Assembly (NCBI GenBank): GCA_037379345.1
Contig: CM074511.1
Span: 51,652,862-51,716,861 of the forward strand
Direction: 5' to 3'
Source of the DNA: Perna viridis
Lineage: Eukaryota
Length of the DNA stretch: 64,000 nt
The position numbers were made by a program, and so were the translations under genes. Below are positions 28,201 through 39,500 of the stretch, piece after piece (the first letter of the stretch is position 1; the number at the start of each line of letters is the position of its first letter). A model generated the notes under the pieces. The model had not been told where the DNA came from and ran no database searches. It worked only from the letters and a program-made list of their open reading frames with translations.

Positions 28201-31200
28201 TCATTTTAAGTAGTGCTTCATCTAAGATTCATGCTTGGAAAGCCTACATATTTTTAGTCCCCTATCAGCTTTAGCTGAAGAGGCCTTTAGTTCACTCTGT
28301 CCATTCATCCGTCTGTCAGTCAGGAAAAAAAGTTTTCCATGTTTTTTTTTCTAATCACTTGCAGATATTGAGCTAATTTTTGGTATTCGAGTCAACCTTG
28401 ATGAGTTACAGATCAAGTTTAGGTGTTGCTCTGCTTTCCTGAGTTTTGTCCAAGTTATGTCCCTTGAACTTTGAAAGATTTACTGAAATTTAAGTTTCCC
28501 ACACTTTTTTTTCTTAATGCTTGCGAATATTGAGCTGATTTTTGGTATTTGAGTTAACCTCGAAGAGTTACAAACCCAAGTTAACATTTTGTTCTGCTTT
28601 GCTGATTTTTTCCAATGTTTCAAAATGTAGATCATTTCCTCAGTTTGTCATTTATACTTGATTATCAAAAGTAGGTTTTGGGTCAGTGCTGTAAACAGCC
28701 GATAGGGGACTATGTATTATTTTGCAATTCTCTCAGAATGCTTTTTATTTTGATGTTTTGTTAAGATGATATAGTTAACAGAAATTAACATGTGGCTGTT
28801 CATGTAACCCTTGTTCTTGGGAGATAAAAATTATGTAGAATGTACTTATGTACTGTAAAATTCAAAATTAAGGAAGATAACTCCGTAAATGACACAAAAA
28901 TACAATAGAAGCTGTTGAATTTTCCATGAGGATTATCTCCTAAGAGCAGGCAGATTGGAATGATTAATTATACATTTCATCATATTGACCTATAAAGCAA
29001 CTTAATGACAAAAATAAAAATGTAGCCTTTTTGGGGGTGTATCACATATTACAGAACCTGCATGATTCTTACAAAGACTACTACTTAAAGCTTCATGATT
29101 ATACTGACTGTTTTATTCTAGTGACTTACTTATTCTAAGTTTTTTTATGTGCATATTCTTTTATGAACTACTAGAGAATATGTTTTGTGGATAATACTAT
29201 TTGTTCCTAGGTACTTTTGTATATCCTAATTTAATAAAATGCATTTATTGGACCAAATGGCTTTATATTTTGCATGTTCAAAGGACTCATGAACTTGTAT
29301 GTAATACCTTGTTTCTCACTGAAGATAATAATGATTCTATTTGTAGGAACCTTTACAAGTGACAAAGTTGTTTGGATTACGAGGGATACAGCACACACCT
29401 TTGGGCATTAAAAATGCTAGAGTTTCTCAACATTACAAAGCTAGTCTTACAGCCACATTCAATCTATACCCTGTAAGTATTGGGTTACACTACTGGATCA
29501 TGGACAATCTATACCCTGTAAGTATTGGGTTACACTACTGGATCGTGGATAATCTATACCCTGTAAGTATTGGGTTACACTACTGGATCGTGGATAATCT
29601 ATACCCTGTAAGTATTGGGTTACACTACTGGATCATGGATAATCTATACCCTGTAAGTATTGGGTTACACTACTGGATTGTGGATAATCTATACCCTGTA
29701 AGTATTGGGTTACACTGCTGGATCATGGATAATCTTTACCCTGTAAGTATTGGGTTACACTACTTGATCATGGATTGACTTTATTGAAGGACTGTCACAG
29801 TTTATAGGCAATTGAAGAATCATGGGGTTTTGTATTTGAAATAAATTAAAATGAAATACTACATTGTTATACCCCACTTGTAAAGTTACGGGTATATAGT
29901 GATGGGGGTGTCTGTCCTTCTGCTTGTACTATCTTCCTTCCATTACACAGTGGGAACTCATCTCTTATCCATTACTCCTCCTATACCACTGAAGGAAACT
30001 TTTACATAATCTATTTTAGATTTTGATCCAAATTAATATGGAGTTCAAATGGTACGTACAATTAACATGTGGAGACTCCTCTGGGGAGTGGGGGTATCAA
30101 GTTATTGAGCATCGCTCACAGTTTGTCTAGTGATTTGCTTTGAAGAATGATTGTAATTCAAAACTGCAGGAAAGTAGATTGACTGGTGAAAATCTGTTTA
30201 AAAATTTTGCTGTTTACACAAATTAATATTTTTCTTAATATTTATTTGTAACTTTTTTGTAAGCACTTAGATTGTGTAACTTTTGATTTTTATTTGAAAT
30301 CTAACTAACAGGGTAATAATAATTATTTTTTTGTACCAAGAATTATAATTACTGTAATTTTAGAAATATCTCTGATGTTTTTATTTATGTGAAAAATGTG
30401 ATGGCTCGACGATCACATTAATAAAAACTTGCATTTTGAATGTCTACTTGATAGTTGGGGCACTATAAGGTATGATTTTACAACAATGTCCAATACCAAA
30501 TACCTCTTAATATGAGGGTTAAAGAAGCCTTGTTAAAATTTTACATCACTTCTTCAGTATAATTCACTAGTTAAAGTAGTTTTACTTACGTTTTTTATGT
30601 GATTGATCTTCTGTAGAATCTATGACCCTTCCAAACACAAATATATACAACCATCTGACACTTGTGACTTTTTTTTTTAATTTCAAGATCCCCACTAATT
30701 TACTAATTTGTGGTTCTATCCTTGTTTAAGTTAATGGGCATTGGCCTTTCCATTAACAACCATTTAATTGACATGACTTTTCAATGCTGGGAAGGGAACC
30801 TTGGTATAAACTTTGATTTTGCTAGGTAAATATGAACTGCAAAAGCAGAAAATTCCTGATTATATTTTTTCATTCAAATGGTGAATCACAAAAATTGAAC
30901 CTTATATTTTTTTTCTTGGTGACTCATTCTGCAAAAATAAATGCACTCAATAATGTCTGAATTTACAGTAGTTTAGAATGAAATGATATTTCTAAGAATT
31001 TTTTTTTATTTTCTAGGAATCAAAATATGCAATCATTGTAGAAGAAGATTTAGATGTATCTCCTGACTTCTTAAAGTAAGTTTAGATGTATCGTTGCGTA
31101 TCCTAAAATGAAATGAATTATCACTTGTTTATATTATGCACTGCCACTAAGCATCATGAGTGGTTTGAAATTTGGTATGCAGATTAAGTATTAAGAGTGA

Positions 31201-34200
31201 AATTTGTGTCGTTCTATTCCTGTTAACAAAACATATTTGTTTGTGTTTTTTTAGGATTTTGGATCATTTATATTCTTATGACCTTTCTTCTACTTTTATT
31301 TGTACCCACTAAGCTTGCTTTAAAGATCACTTTGAAATTGAGTCCTTTTAATAGACATTATGTCTGTTTCATGTAAGTGAAAGTTTATTTTTACTGTTTG
31401 GTAATAATTCTTTTGCCTTATGAGGTCTTATTACTTGTTCCAATATACAGACAAAGCTATTATGTTCTAAAAATTATGGACAAGTTGAATCAAAGAATAC
31501 ATTAGGAACTCTGAACAGCTTGACCTACTTTGATTAAATGATAGTACCCATAATTTAACAGATATCCTCTTATTCAGTTATTTCAGTCAGACAGTTCATT
31601 TGTTAGAAGAAGATGCCACAATTTACTGTATTTCAGCATGGAATGACCAGGTATACTTTTTAATTTCTATAATTTTAAGGATATTTAATAAAGAATGATG
31701 ATATTTCTGATTTTTTCTTATGTCTATTCATTTTGAAAGAAACTAGAAAGTATACTGCTCCCCACTCTAACAAAGTTGTTCTACAAGAAATTGATATTAC
31801 TTCAGTCTGAAATCAAATCCACGTTATGACATAATTATATAATGCTTTTGTCAAAATATCAAGTGGATGTGATAAGTATTTGCATGGAAAACTGAATTAA
31901 AAAGTTGTGAACAGACTTACGGACAGATGGATAGATGAACTGAAGGATTGACACCATTATCACTATTTACCTTCCCCAAGGTGGTAGTATAACAAAGGAA
32001 GAATAAAACTCTTCAGTAAAGTTTTACTAGTACTTTAAAAAGTATTCATTATTGAAAATGTCAAAAGATTAGTAAATATTTTAAGCAGTTTACCTTATAA
32101 TAATGCAACCCATTTCTATTTAATTTATCATTCAGCTGTCAAGTTCATCAATAAGAAACTTCTATTATAAAGACACACACCTTTTTTTATAATGCATAAC
32201 TTATGGTCTCATACTTTTTGCAATGTTGTTGTCTATTATCAGGGTTATAATCATTCCTGTAAAGATGAGGAATTGTTATATAGAATAGAGACCATGCCTG
32301 GTTTGGGATGGTTACTGAAGAGAAAAATGTATAAAGAAGAACTAGAACCTCAGTGGCCTACTCCAGAAAAAGTAAGTAATATTGTCCTTCATTTTGTTTG
32401 CATTGGTGATGAATCTCTTTGCATCAACCTCTATTACAATAAATAGGTATCAGAAATTTTGACAGCCCATATTGGTAATTTTATCAAACTTCAGCAGACA
32501 TTTGTGTCAGTCTTTTACACGTTCAGATCAAGAATAAACATAATAAAAACCCTTTTTTTGTTGTTATTTAAAGATGAATACTTGAATTTGTGTTATTTCA
32601 TCACATACCCTGTCTTTTAAATTTTGATATATCTTCTTACATTGTTTAATGGACTATTTATTTGATGACATAATTTTTGTATAAGATATATTGCTTTGTA
32701 ACAAGCAGTATATTTACTATAGATTTACAAATCTTCATCATTTTTATTGCTAGATTTTTTTTCTTTTTAAAACATTTCAATTGTTTGACTCAGTGATTTA
32801 GTTTGATATTTCTTGTTTACCATTGTAGCAATGGGATTGGGACATGTGGATGAGAACTAATATGATTCGCAAGGACAGAGAATGTATCATTCCTGACATA
32901 TCAAGAACATATCACTTCGGGTCCAAAGGACTCAACATGAATCCCTACTTCCAGGAAGTTTATTTCAAGAAACATTCATTTCAAATGAAACCAAATGTCA
33001 AGTTGAAAGATGTAGATAAGTAAGTCTTTTAGTTGATTATAATGAGTTATTTATAAGTAGCACTGAATTATTGAATGTTCCTAGTGTGATAAATTTTGAT
33101 AATCACATGTGAAACAAATTCTGTAATTTTACTCTCAATTCCTGCCAAAAATATCACACCATTTTTCTCTTGTGGTGTTAACTGTACTTGACAAACTGTG
33201 ATTTGGAATATCAATCCACAGATCACAAAATTTCAATAATATTTGAAAACAGCAAGAAATCATTGATAAAAATCTACATGATAAATAGGGTAATTATTTG
33301 GTTATATAATTACTTGATAAGTTAAATTTGCATGGAATAAGTTCTGTGTGCTTCTTAAATTTTTGAGTTCATGATCATATCTTTCCAATAAACTGTCCTA
33401 TAAAAATTGTAAAGATGCTAGAAGATCTTGAGAATCTGAAGTGATATAACAAAATCTTCCAATATGATCTTTTTGTATTGGTTTACTTTTGTTGTGACCA
33501 GTGTAGCTACAATAAAGATGGAAATTCTGTATATGCCATTTTTTTGTCATCATCACAATCGATGACTATACACAGGTTGGATAAATATTCAATAGTTATT
33601 AATATTTATTAAACTGTTAGTTGATATTTTTGGCATATTTTCTACCATTGATAATCTTATGATTTTATCTTCAGAATGAAGAAAGATTCCTATGAAGATT
33701 TAGTTACAGAATTAATTAAGTCAGCTGTGATATTGGATCACACTGTTGATCCTTGTTCTGACAACTTTATACCTCATGATAAGGTAAACTATTCAGTAGA
33801 ATTATAATAAGAGATATTTTGGATTGCGTAAGAACCCTAATTCAAATTAAAATATCTATCATCATTAAGATTGAGTTGCATTAACTTCTGTAAATGTAAC
33901 ATAAAACAAATAAATGTGCTGAAATGTTTGGCCACTCAAACACTTCAAGCTTTTTGCATTTACAGTTAGTAAGATCATATAACTGAAGAAAAATTCAGTT
34001 ATGTCCCTTACATTACATTTTCTTTGCCTCTATATATTTGGATTTATCCCACTGTTAAATACTATTAAATACAAATCTTTAATGTATATGTACAGTTATT
34101 TCTATTGTGAAATTGAACAAGGTTTTCAGATACTTTACTTACTGTTGATAGTATTCAACATTTGTAATCATGCAGTTGTGCTATTATCATGGTGTACAAA

Positions 34201-36586
34201 TGTCATGAACAATGATCATTTTTTTATTTTCAGACAGAACCTCATATAATGTACATATCAATGAATACATCCACAGATTATGTCACTTGGAAACAATTAG
34301 CCAAGGTATATATTTTCTTACATTAATTATTTTCTTCATATATCCAAGATTTTTTAATATATTTTCAGCCAACTGACAACATGTAGAATAGAAAGGGATA
34401 AGGTATGATTAGGGCTACATTTAGCACCCTCTATTTTAAGAAAAAATATATTTGAACTAAATGACAAAAATGTGATATGCACTGTTTGATGAATGATTGA
34501 ATTGTTTTAAAATTATTTTAAATTTTCACAATTACATTAATTGTCAGTTTTATGGAAGCTTAAAATCTACCAAAAACAAAAAAATGGGAAAAAAATGCAA
34601 TTTTTTATTGCTACAATTGTTATTTTCAAAGGTCTACACCAACATGATTCAGGGATATCTTGACTGATATTGACTCTTGTTACTATGGCATTAAGAAACC
34701 ATAAACAATAATGTGGGGTCAAGTTGGCAGAGGCACTGAAAAAATGGAAATTGTCCCAAAAAGTGCCCAATATTGGCATATTTGACAGAAATTCACAGAT
34801 TTCCAAATTTCAGATATCATATTTTCAACCATTGAAAGATGATATACTAATATATGTGGGTAAACCATATAGTTAACATTTAAAAAAAGAACAGAAAAGA
34901 AGTTCTCCATATCAGATTATTTTCTAGTCTTGCAGGGGGCCAATATGGGCCTTAATGTAAGGTGTCCTTTTAAAATTTCATCAGTCAGATGAGCAGAAAA
35001 GTAATTGTGTTACTTTTGTGAGCAATTTATTTTCTAATTTTGTACCAAGAAAAAAAATTTTAAAAATAAGTTTCAGTGAATAAGTCCCTCTTTTAAAACA
35101 TGGTATTAGCTGTAGCAAAATAGAAAAGATACCCTGAAATGTGAAAATTAAATTGGTTTTTAGTATAAGTGCCAACCAAGTTAGTCTCTATCCCTGCTTA
35201 ATTGTTTCATTGTCTGTTTTCAGTGCTATCATCTGTGGGATTTAGATGTTCGAGGTTTTCACAGGGTATTTATTATATATTTCTTTTTAGATAATAATTT
35301 CAACATAAATATACTGAATTTTAAAAGTTGTTGGAATGATACTACCAGCAGTTGATTTAAAAAAAAGTTGTAAGTGTAAAATAACAAATAAGTAATGACA
35401 TCATGATAGAAATAGCATTGTGACATCATTATTTACAATTTATTTCATTGTTAGAACATTTTTTTTTTAAATCAACTACTGGGCCCAGTTTTCTTAAATA
35501 TGTCTAATTACTTTAAGTGTTTCCTCAAATTCTTCCTCAGCTCACCTTTTGATCAATGAGATTGTTTGAAATGAAAGATCTGAATCAAATAAGCATCTTT
35601 CATATTTATGATTGAGAAATTTCAAATCAAAATTTTGATCAAAATGCATTAAGATCAAACTATCAGTAATGTTTTCTCCAAGTTACTCAGTTATTTGATA
35701 GCAGAACAACGCATACTGATGGATGCACTACATTTGTGTTTTTGGTTTATTATGTAGAGAGGCATTAACCCATAATTTTATCAAAATCGATTACATTTCT
35801 CCTTGAAAGGATGTAGTTCAAGTGAATGTTTTGTTGTTATCTTTTTAGAGTATGTGGAGACTATTTATACGTGGTACACCAGTAGTAATGGTAGGAGTTC
35901 CTGCATCTCCTTACAGGTAAATGTGTACAGACTATAGCTACCATTTCATTCATTTTATGTACAACAGCAAATAAAATTTACTTAAAGATTAATAATTCCG
36001 GTTACTCTTCAACAGAAGACTGTGTTGTGTCAAGTTTTTAATCAAAATGAAGATTTGTTCAATCTGTCAGTACTTGCTACAAATGTTCAAGGTTTGACAT
36101 CTGTGGTCACATCAAGGTGCTCTGGCAGAACATTTTATTCCCTCAATAGTCTTTGAAACACTTCATTTGAGACATTTCAGAATAAAATAGAATGTATGCA
36201 CGGTTTTTAATTATTTTCGTTTGATATTTGACTTGATTATCTTACTTTACATAAATTTGAAATCCAAGCATATTTGTTTATATTATTCAGTGTGCTATCT
36301 GAAGAATGGTGTAACGGCCATAATGTATAAAAATAATCATATGACAAAGTGTTCTTTACTTAAATACATGTAGTATATTAAAATTTTTAAATAACATGAT
36401 ACAGCCAGTCACATTAAACAAAATATAATTCTTTATTAAAAAAAATTATTACAGTTTTTCTTGAAACAAATAATAAAATCCATCCAGTTAACATTGGATC
36501 ATAACTGTCTTGTTATGTATTATAGAATACACATGCCAGATACTGTTAAACCAATAAACATTCCTGAACCTACAAAGAAGTCATGA
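19084..36586 (+). CDS. POMGNT1: Protein O-linked-mannose beta-1,2-N-acetylglucosaminyltransferase 1, complete gene, 20 coding exons, 651 aa
   Basis: GT-AG exons join in frame: 19084-19212,19840-19933,23819-23949,24688-24753,25259-25372,26243-26360,26675-26773,27033-27160,27753-27823,28035-28110,29347-29472,31017-31075,31578-31650,32243-32371,32829-33019,33675-33783,34234-34305,35224-35265,35849-35916,36526-36586 (1956 nt). N-term MDNW..KPF, one TM helix, stem domain ([27 protein letters not shown]), GT13 domain ([33 protein letters not shown]) match POMGNT1. Confidence 0.96.
19840..19933 (+). CDS. POMGNT1: POMGNT1 exon 2, transmembrane helix ([21 protein letters not shown])
   Basis: ttgcag| ... 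|gtaagt; hydrophobic segment resembling human LLVTVIVNIKLILDT. Confidence 0.9.
20873..20938 (+). mobile_element. SINE/LINE 3' tail with (CAAA)n
   Basis: Near-identical to 1120-1177. Confidence 0.75.
23819..23949 (+). CDS. POMGNT1: POMGNT1 exon 3 (...[19 protein letters not shown])
   Basis: tttcag| ... |gtaagt; phase-compatible. Confidence 0.88.
24688..24753 (+). CDS. POMGNT1: POMGNT1 exon 4 ([22 protein letters not shown])
   Basis: Long poly-T then cacag| ... |gtatgt. Confidence 0.93.
25259..25372 (+). CDS. POMGNT1: POMGNT1 exon 5 ([20 protein letters not shown]...IK)
   Basis: ttacag| ... |gtaaac. Confidence 0.94.
26243..26360 (+). CDS. POMGNT1: POMGNT1 exon 6 (DEGSFHLK...[11 protein letters not shown])
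   Basis: tttcag| ... |gtatga. Confidence 0.94.
26675..26773 (+). CDS. POMGNT1: POMGNT1 exon 7 ([20 protein letters not shown]...)
   Basis: ttgtag| ... |gtaagt. Confidence 0.9.
27033..27160 (+). CDS. POMGNT1: POMGNT1 exon 8 (SECQW...[14 protein letters not shown]...)
   Basis: tatcag| ... |gttagt. Confidence 0.94.
27753..27823 (+). CDS. POMGNT1: POMGNT1 exon 9 ([23 protein letters not shown])
   Basis: tttcag| ... |gtgagt. Confidence 0.93.
28035..28110 (+). CDS. POMGNT1: POMGNT1 exon 10 (MLKTLLQ...[11 protein letters not shown])
   Basis: tttcag| ... |gtaagt. Confidence 0.94.
28210..29084. mobile_element. Second copy of the TTAA MITE, interrupted by a HINE
   Basis: Same TIRs and TTAA flanks (28206-09, 29085-88); colinear with 1995-2394 apart from the 28251-28745 insert. 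Confidence 0.85.
28251..28745 (+). mobile_element. Helentron-associated element (HINE/DINE-1-like)
   Basis: Sub-terminal IR AGTCCCCTATC (28256) / GATAGGGGACT (28701), GTCY-like microsatellite, two ~160-bp core repeats, inserted in a T-run. Confidence 0.8.
29347..29472 (+). CDS. POMGNT1: POMGNT1 exon 11 (EPLQV...[15 protein letters not shown]), drawn to the first of 7 tandem donors
   Basis: ttgtag| ... CCT|gtaagt; first donor gives the canonical FNLYP|ESKY junction. Confidence 0.92.
29461..29775 (+). repeat. Minisatellite, 7 x 45 bp, spanning the POMGNT1 exon 11 donor
   Basis: Unit aatctataccct|gtaagtattgggttacactactggatc(a/g)tgga(c/t); units start at 29461, 29506, 29551, 29596, 29641, 29686, 29731. 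Confidence 0.98.
29866..30130 (+). mobile_element. Short HINE-type element
   Basis: Sub-terminal IR ATACCCCAC / GTGGGGGTAT, gtctgtcc microsatellite, 3' hairpin tgagcatcgctca; similar 3' end at 38330-38376. Confidence 0.65.
30350..30970. mobile_element. TA-flanked MITE
   Basis: TACTGTAAtTTtAGAaAT ... ATgTCTgAAtTTACAGTA terminal inverted repeats. Confidence 0.65.
31017..31075 (+). CDS. POMGNT1: POMGNT1 exon 12 ([19 protein letters not shown]), catalytic EED motif
   Basis: ttctag| ... |gtaagt. Confidence 0.94.
31578..31650 (+). CDS. POMGNT1: POMGNT1 exon 13 ([24 protein letters not shown])
   Basis: attcag| ... |gtatac. Confidence 0.94.
32243..32371 (+). CDS. POMGNT1: POMGNT1 exon 14 (GYNHSC...ETMPGLGW...WPTPEK)
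   Basis: tatcag| ... |gtaagt. Confidence 0.95.
32829..33019 (+). CDS. POMGNT1: POMGNT1 exon 15 (QWDWDMWMR...[15 protein letters not shown]...)
   Basis: ttgtag| ... |gtaagt. Confidence 0.95.
33675..33783 (+). CDS. POMGNT1: POMGNT1 exon 16 (MKKDSYE...[17 protein letters not shown])
   Basis: cttcag| ... |gtaaac. Confidence 0.93.
34234..34305 (+). CDS. POMGNT1: POMGNT1 exon 17 ([10 protein letters not shown]...TWKQLAK)
   Basis: tttcag| ... |gtatat. Confidence 0.92.
35224..35265 (+). CDS. POMGNT1: POMGNT1 exon 18 ([14 protein letters not shown])
   Basis: tttcag| ... |gtattt. Confidence 0.92.
35849..35916 (+). CDS. POMGNT1: POMGNT1 exon 19 (SMWRLF...VGVPASPY)
   Basis: ttttag| ... |gtaaat. Confidence 0.92.
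36526..36586 (+). CDS. POMGNT1: POMGNT1 terminal coding exon ([19 protein letters not shown])
   Basis: ttatag|, phase 2 compatible, stop TGA 36584-36586; resembles human KKPPSVTPIFLEPP. Confidence 0.85.
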
Positions 36587-39500
36587 TGAAAGGATGAGTC
36601 ACAGGTACCTTAGGCTGGTTCTTCTCACTTTGGTGCTAATGCCGAGTTGTGGCTTATGAATTGAGAAAAACTCTGATGGTTTCAAGTCAGAAATATGAAC
36701 AAAAGAAATACCAGGTATAAAATAGAGCATGAATCAACCAAATGCTGATGTGTTACATGTCGAAGAAGAATGGAAGTATAGTATATAACTTATGAAGCAA
36801 CTAAATGCTGATTTGTTCTAATGACACTTTGTTAGAGGTTTATGTATTCTTGTATTCATACATAAATTTTAATTTTGGAAGAGTTGATATGAAGTTTTTT
36901 TTGTTTTTTTTATAGTTTTTTTTATGGCATTGTAATTCTCTCTCCATATTAGCAGGTCAAATGAGTAAATGAATGTTTGTCATTTTGAATGATCCAATAG
37001 AATTGTTTTAATATTAAAATTTTGGTCCTGAAAAAGTATATAATATAAAATTTTGTTTGTACTTCATGTACATATATTTATATTCTTTTGGGAATGAAGG
37101 AAAGAAAGTATTTAAAAACATATGTCTGCTGTGTTTAAATGGATGTATTTTCTGTGTAGTTAACAAAGTGCCATAATAACTTCATTTTGACTTATGTTCC
37201 TCATGGAAAAAATTAAGTCAAGTCATGCCATGTTATCATCGGAAGTAGTGTTGTGTCCTGTAAATACAATGTTTGATTCTCTAATGATCTGGTATCGTAC
37301 TCCAAAAATCTCATTGTATGACTTTCAGCTATGAATTTAATAATAGTAACTAATTTGAATAATTTTATTTAAATCATAGTGATGATCAGTGAAATCCACT
37401 TTTTAACTTTCTGTCATTTTTGCTCAAACTGTCTTGCAGTATTTTGCCAAAATACCTTCAATTATGTATGACTTGGATGTATTTAATGTTTTTAAACAGT
37501 AGATCTTTCAAATTTACTTCCCATGCTTTAAAGTATTGCTCATTATTTCTTTAGTGGAGATAACAATTTTCTCAATTTCAATTATATTTTATTTGTTATG
37601 CTCAGATTGCTTACAGCTTTAAGTTGCTGTATAAATTTATTTTTTTATTACAAGAATGATTCAGTCACAGTATATGCAATGATAAAACTTATACAATTGT
37701 TCCACAATAGGGTATGTACGTCATGTGACTCCGTGGTTTTGAAGAATGGGTTCTTGTCTACCATATATAGTTCTACATTATAAAAATTGTTAAGAAAGAG
37801 CACAAAATGGAAGATTGTAATGCAGTGTTTCCAGATCTTGGAAATAACCAATAAAATGCAGAGCAGTCTTTGGAGTTTGATATGTTCTGCATAGGAAATT
37901 CCAGAAAGGAAAATGAAACTAGTTTGAGACTTACAAACCCTATTATCAATTTGTTTTTGTTCCTCATTTTTTAACAAAAATAATTATTTATTTTTAGATA
38001 CATGTTTTTGCCAAATTTTGATTATTTACCTGTATATCAGATTTCTTTGCCAAAACTAAAAGTAGAACCTTACTCTATTAGTAGTTGAGTATCATCTTTT
38101 TACAGTTGTAAATTTTGAGGTTATGCTGAGAAGCCTTGTCAGTGTTTCTGTGTTTCTGTAACACTTTTATTTGTCACAGTTTTCTCAGCAACTACTCATA
38201 ACAACAGTTTAAAATTTTAACACATCATTCCTGGAGGTATGCCATATGGTGAGATTTATTTTCAGGAAAAAATTCAAGTAAACTTCCTGTTGACTGAGGA
38301 CTTTTTTATATGTTCCATATTTCGTGATTGAAAGTGGGGATATCATTAGTGAGACATTGCTCGCAAATTTCTTGTTATTTATGGGGTCTCAATTTTTATG
38401 GTTTTCTTGGGCAGTGTAGAACCACCAAATTAAGAAACCAAAAAAAAAATAATTACCTTTGTGAATGAAAATAAATTCTGTCGCTCCTGAATTGTTAAAT
38501 TGGAAATCAGTTCTTTATATGTCCTTACAGCAGTCAAAGTCAAATAACCATAGAACATTCTCACTTGAGCAGAATATTTCTCTATTTCAGGTTAAAAATA
38601 TGAATAGTATTTATTTTTTTAAATAGTAATGGTTTATGTCCGACAAATCAATTTTGTTTCCCTCTTTTGTTAAAATAATGATCTCAGTTGCAAGTTGTAA
38701 ATTACATCTACTCAGCCAATTAAAGTTCTTTTTTCATGTAATGTTATAAAATTTTTGATATGTGATACTTAAAACCAGCATGTTATGGTAACAAAAAAAA
38801 AAGGAATTTTGTTTTTATGGCAAAATAAAAAAAAAGTTTTTATGAACCAAAAGAATATCTCTTTGCAATCTAAGCACTTCTTCTTGTGTCTAGATTGTTT
38901 TATGTCTTGCATAAATTTCAGCAAAAAAAAAAAAACAGTTTGCCTGCTTCTTACAGGGACGCATACTCAATGACTGTATTATCAGAATGATTTTTGTAAT
39001 GCTACAAAGTAATTCTTCTGGGTAGATATTGTTAATACACTATCACTGTCTACTACTACACTCTATCTGTCTATATTGATATCTAGGCCATTTTACATAG
39101 TTTATTACCAGTTGCTCACTTTAAAAAATAATTTAAGGACCATTGACTAAGTTTATTGTCATTTTACTGTAAATCTTTAACAAACTGATGCCTGGTTGTG
39201 CTAAAAATGTGAAATTTAACATTTTTTTAAAAATATGATTGATTGTCCATGTTTTTATTCTTTGTGTGTGTGTGTGTTCAAAATATTAAAGTTTCCTGAG
39301 GCAGTAATAATGCAACATTCAATTTGTTATTGTTTTGGATGATAATCTAACAATTTTTTGTGTGGCCTCATTGCTAACAAGCATCATTTTTTTTATTGTT
39401 AGAACTATGTGACCATATCTTTATATTTTATTGTCAGTTGTTAGAGCTGGTACCTGTGTTATTGAGGTTACTGACCTCTGACTGAAATTTGTTCTCCTAC

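Noticed and set aside
29359-29778. 139-aa ORF with 15-aa repeats as a separate repeat protein
   Set aside because: It is POMGNT1 exon 11 read through the donor-spanning minisatellite.
31578-31590. Alternative in-frame acceptors 9 nt inside POMGNT1 exon 13 (and exon 4 at 24696)
   Set aside because: They would delete conserved residues; such nearby AGs are common and there is no evidence of use.
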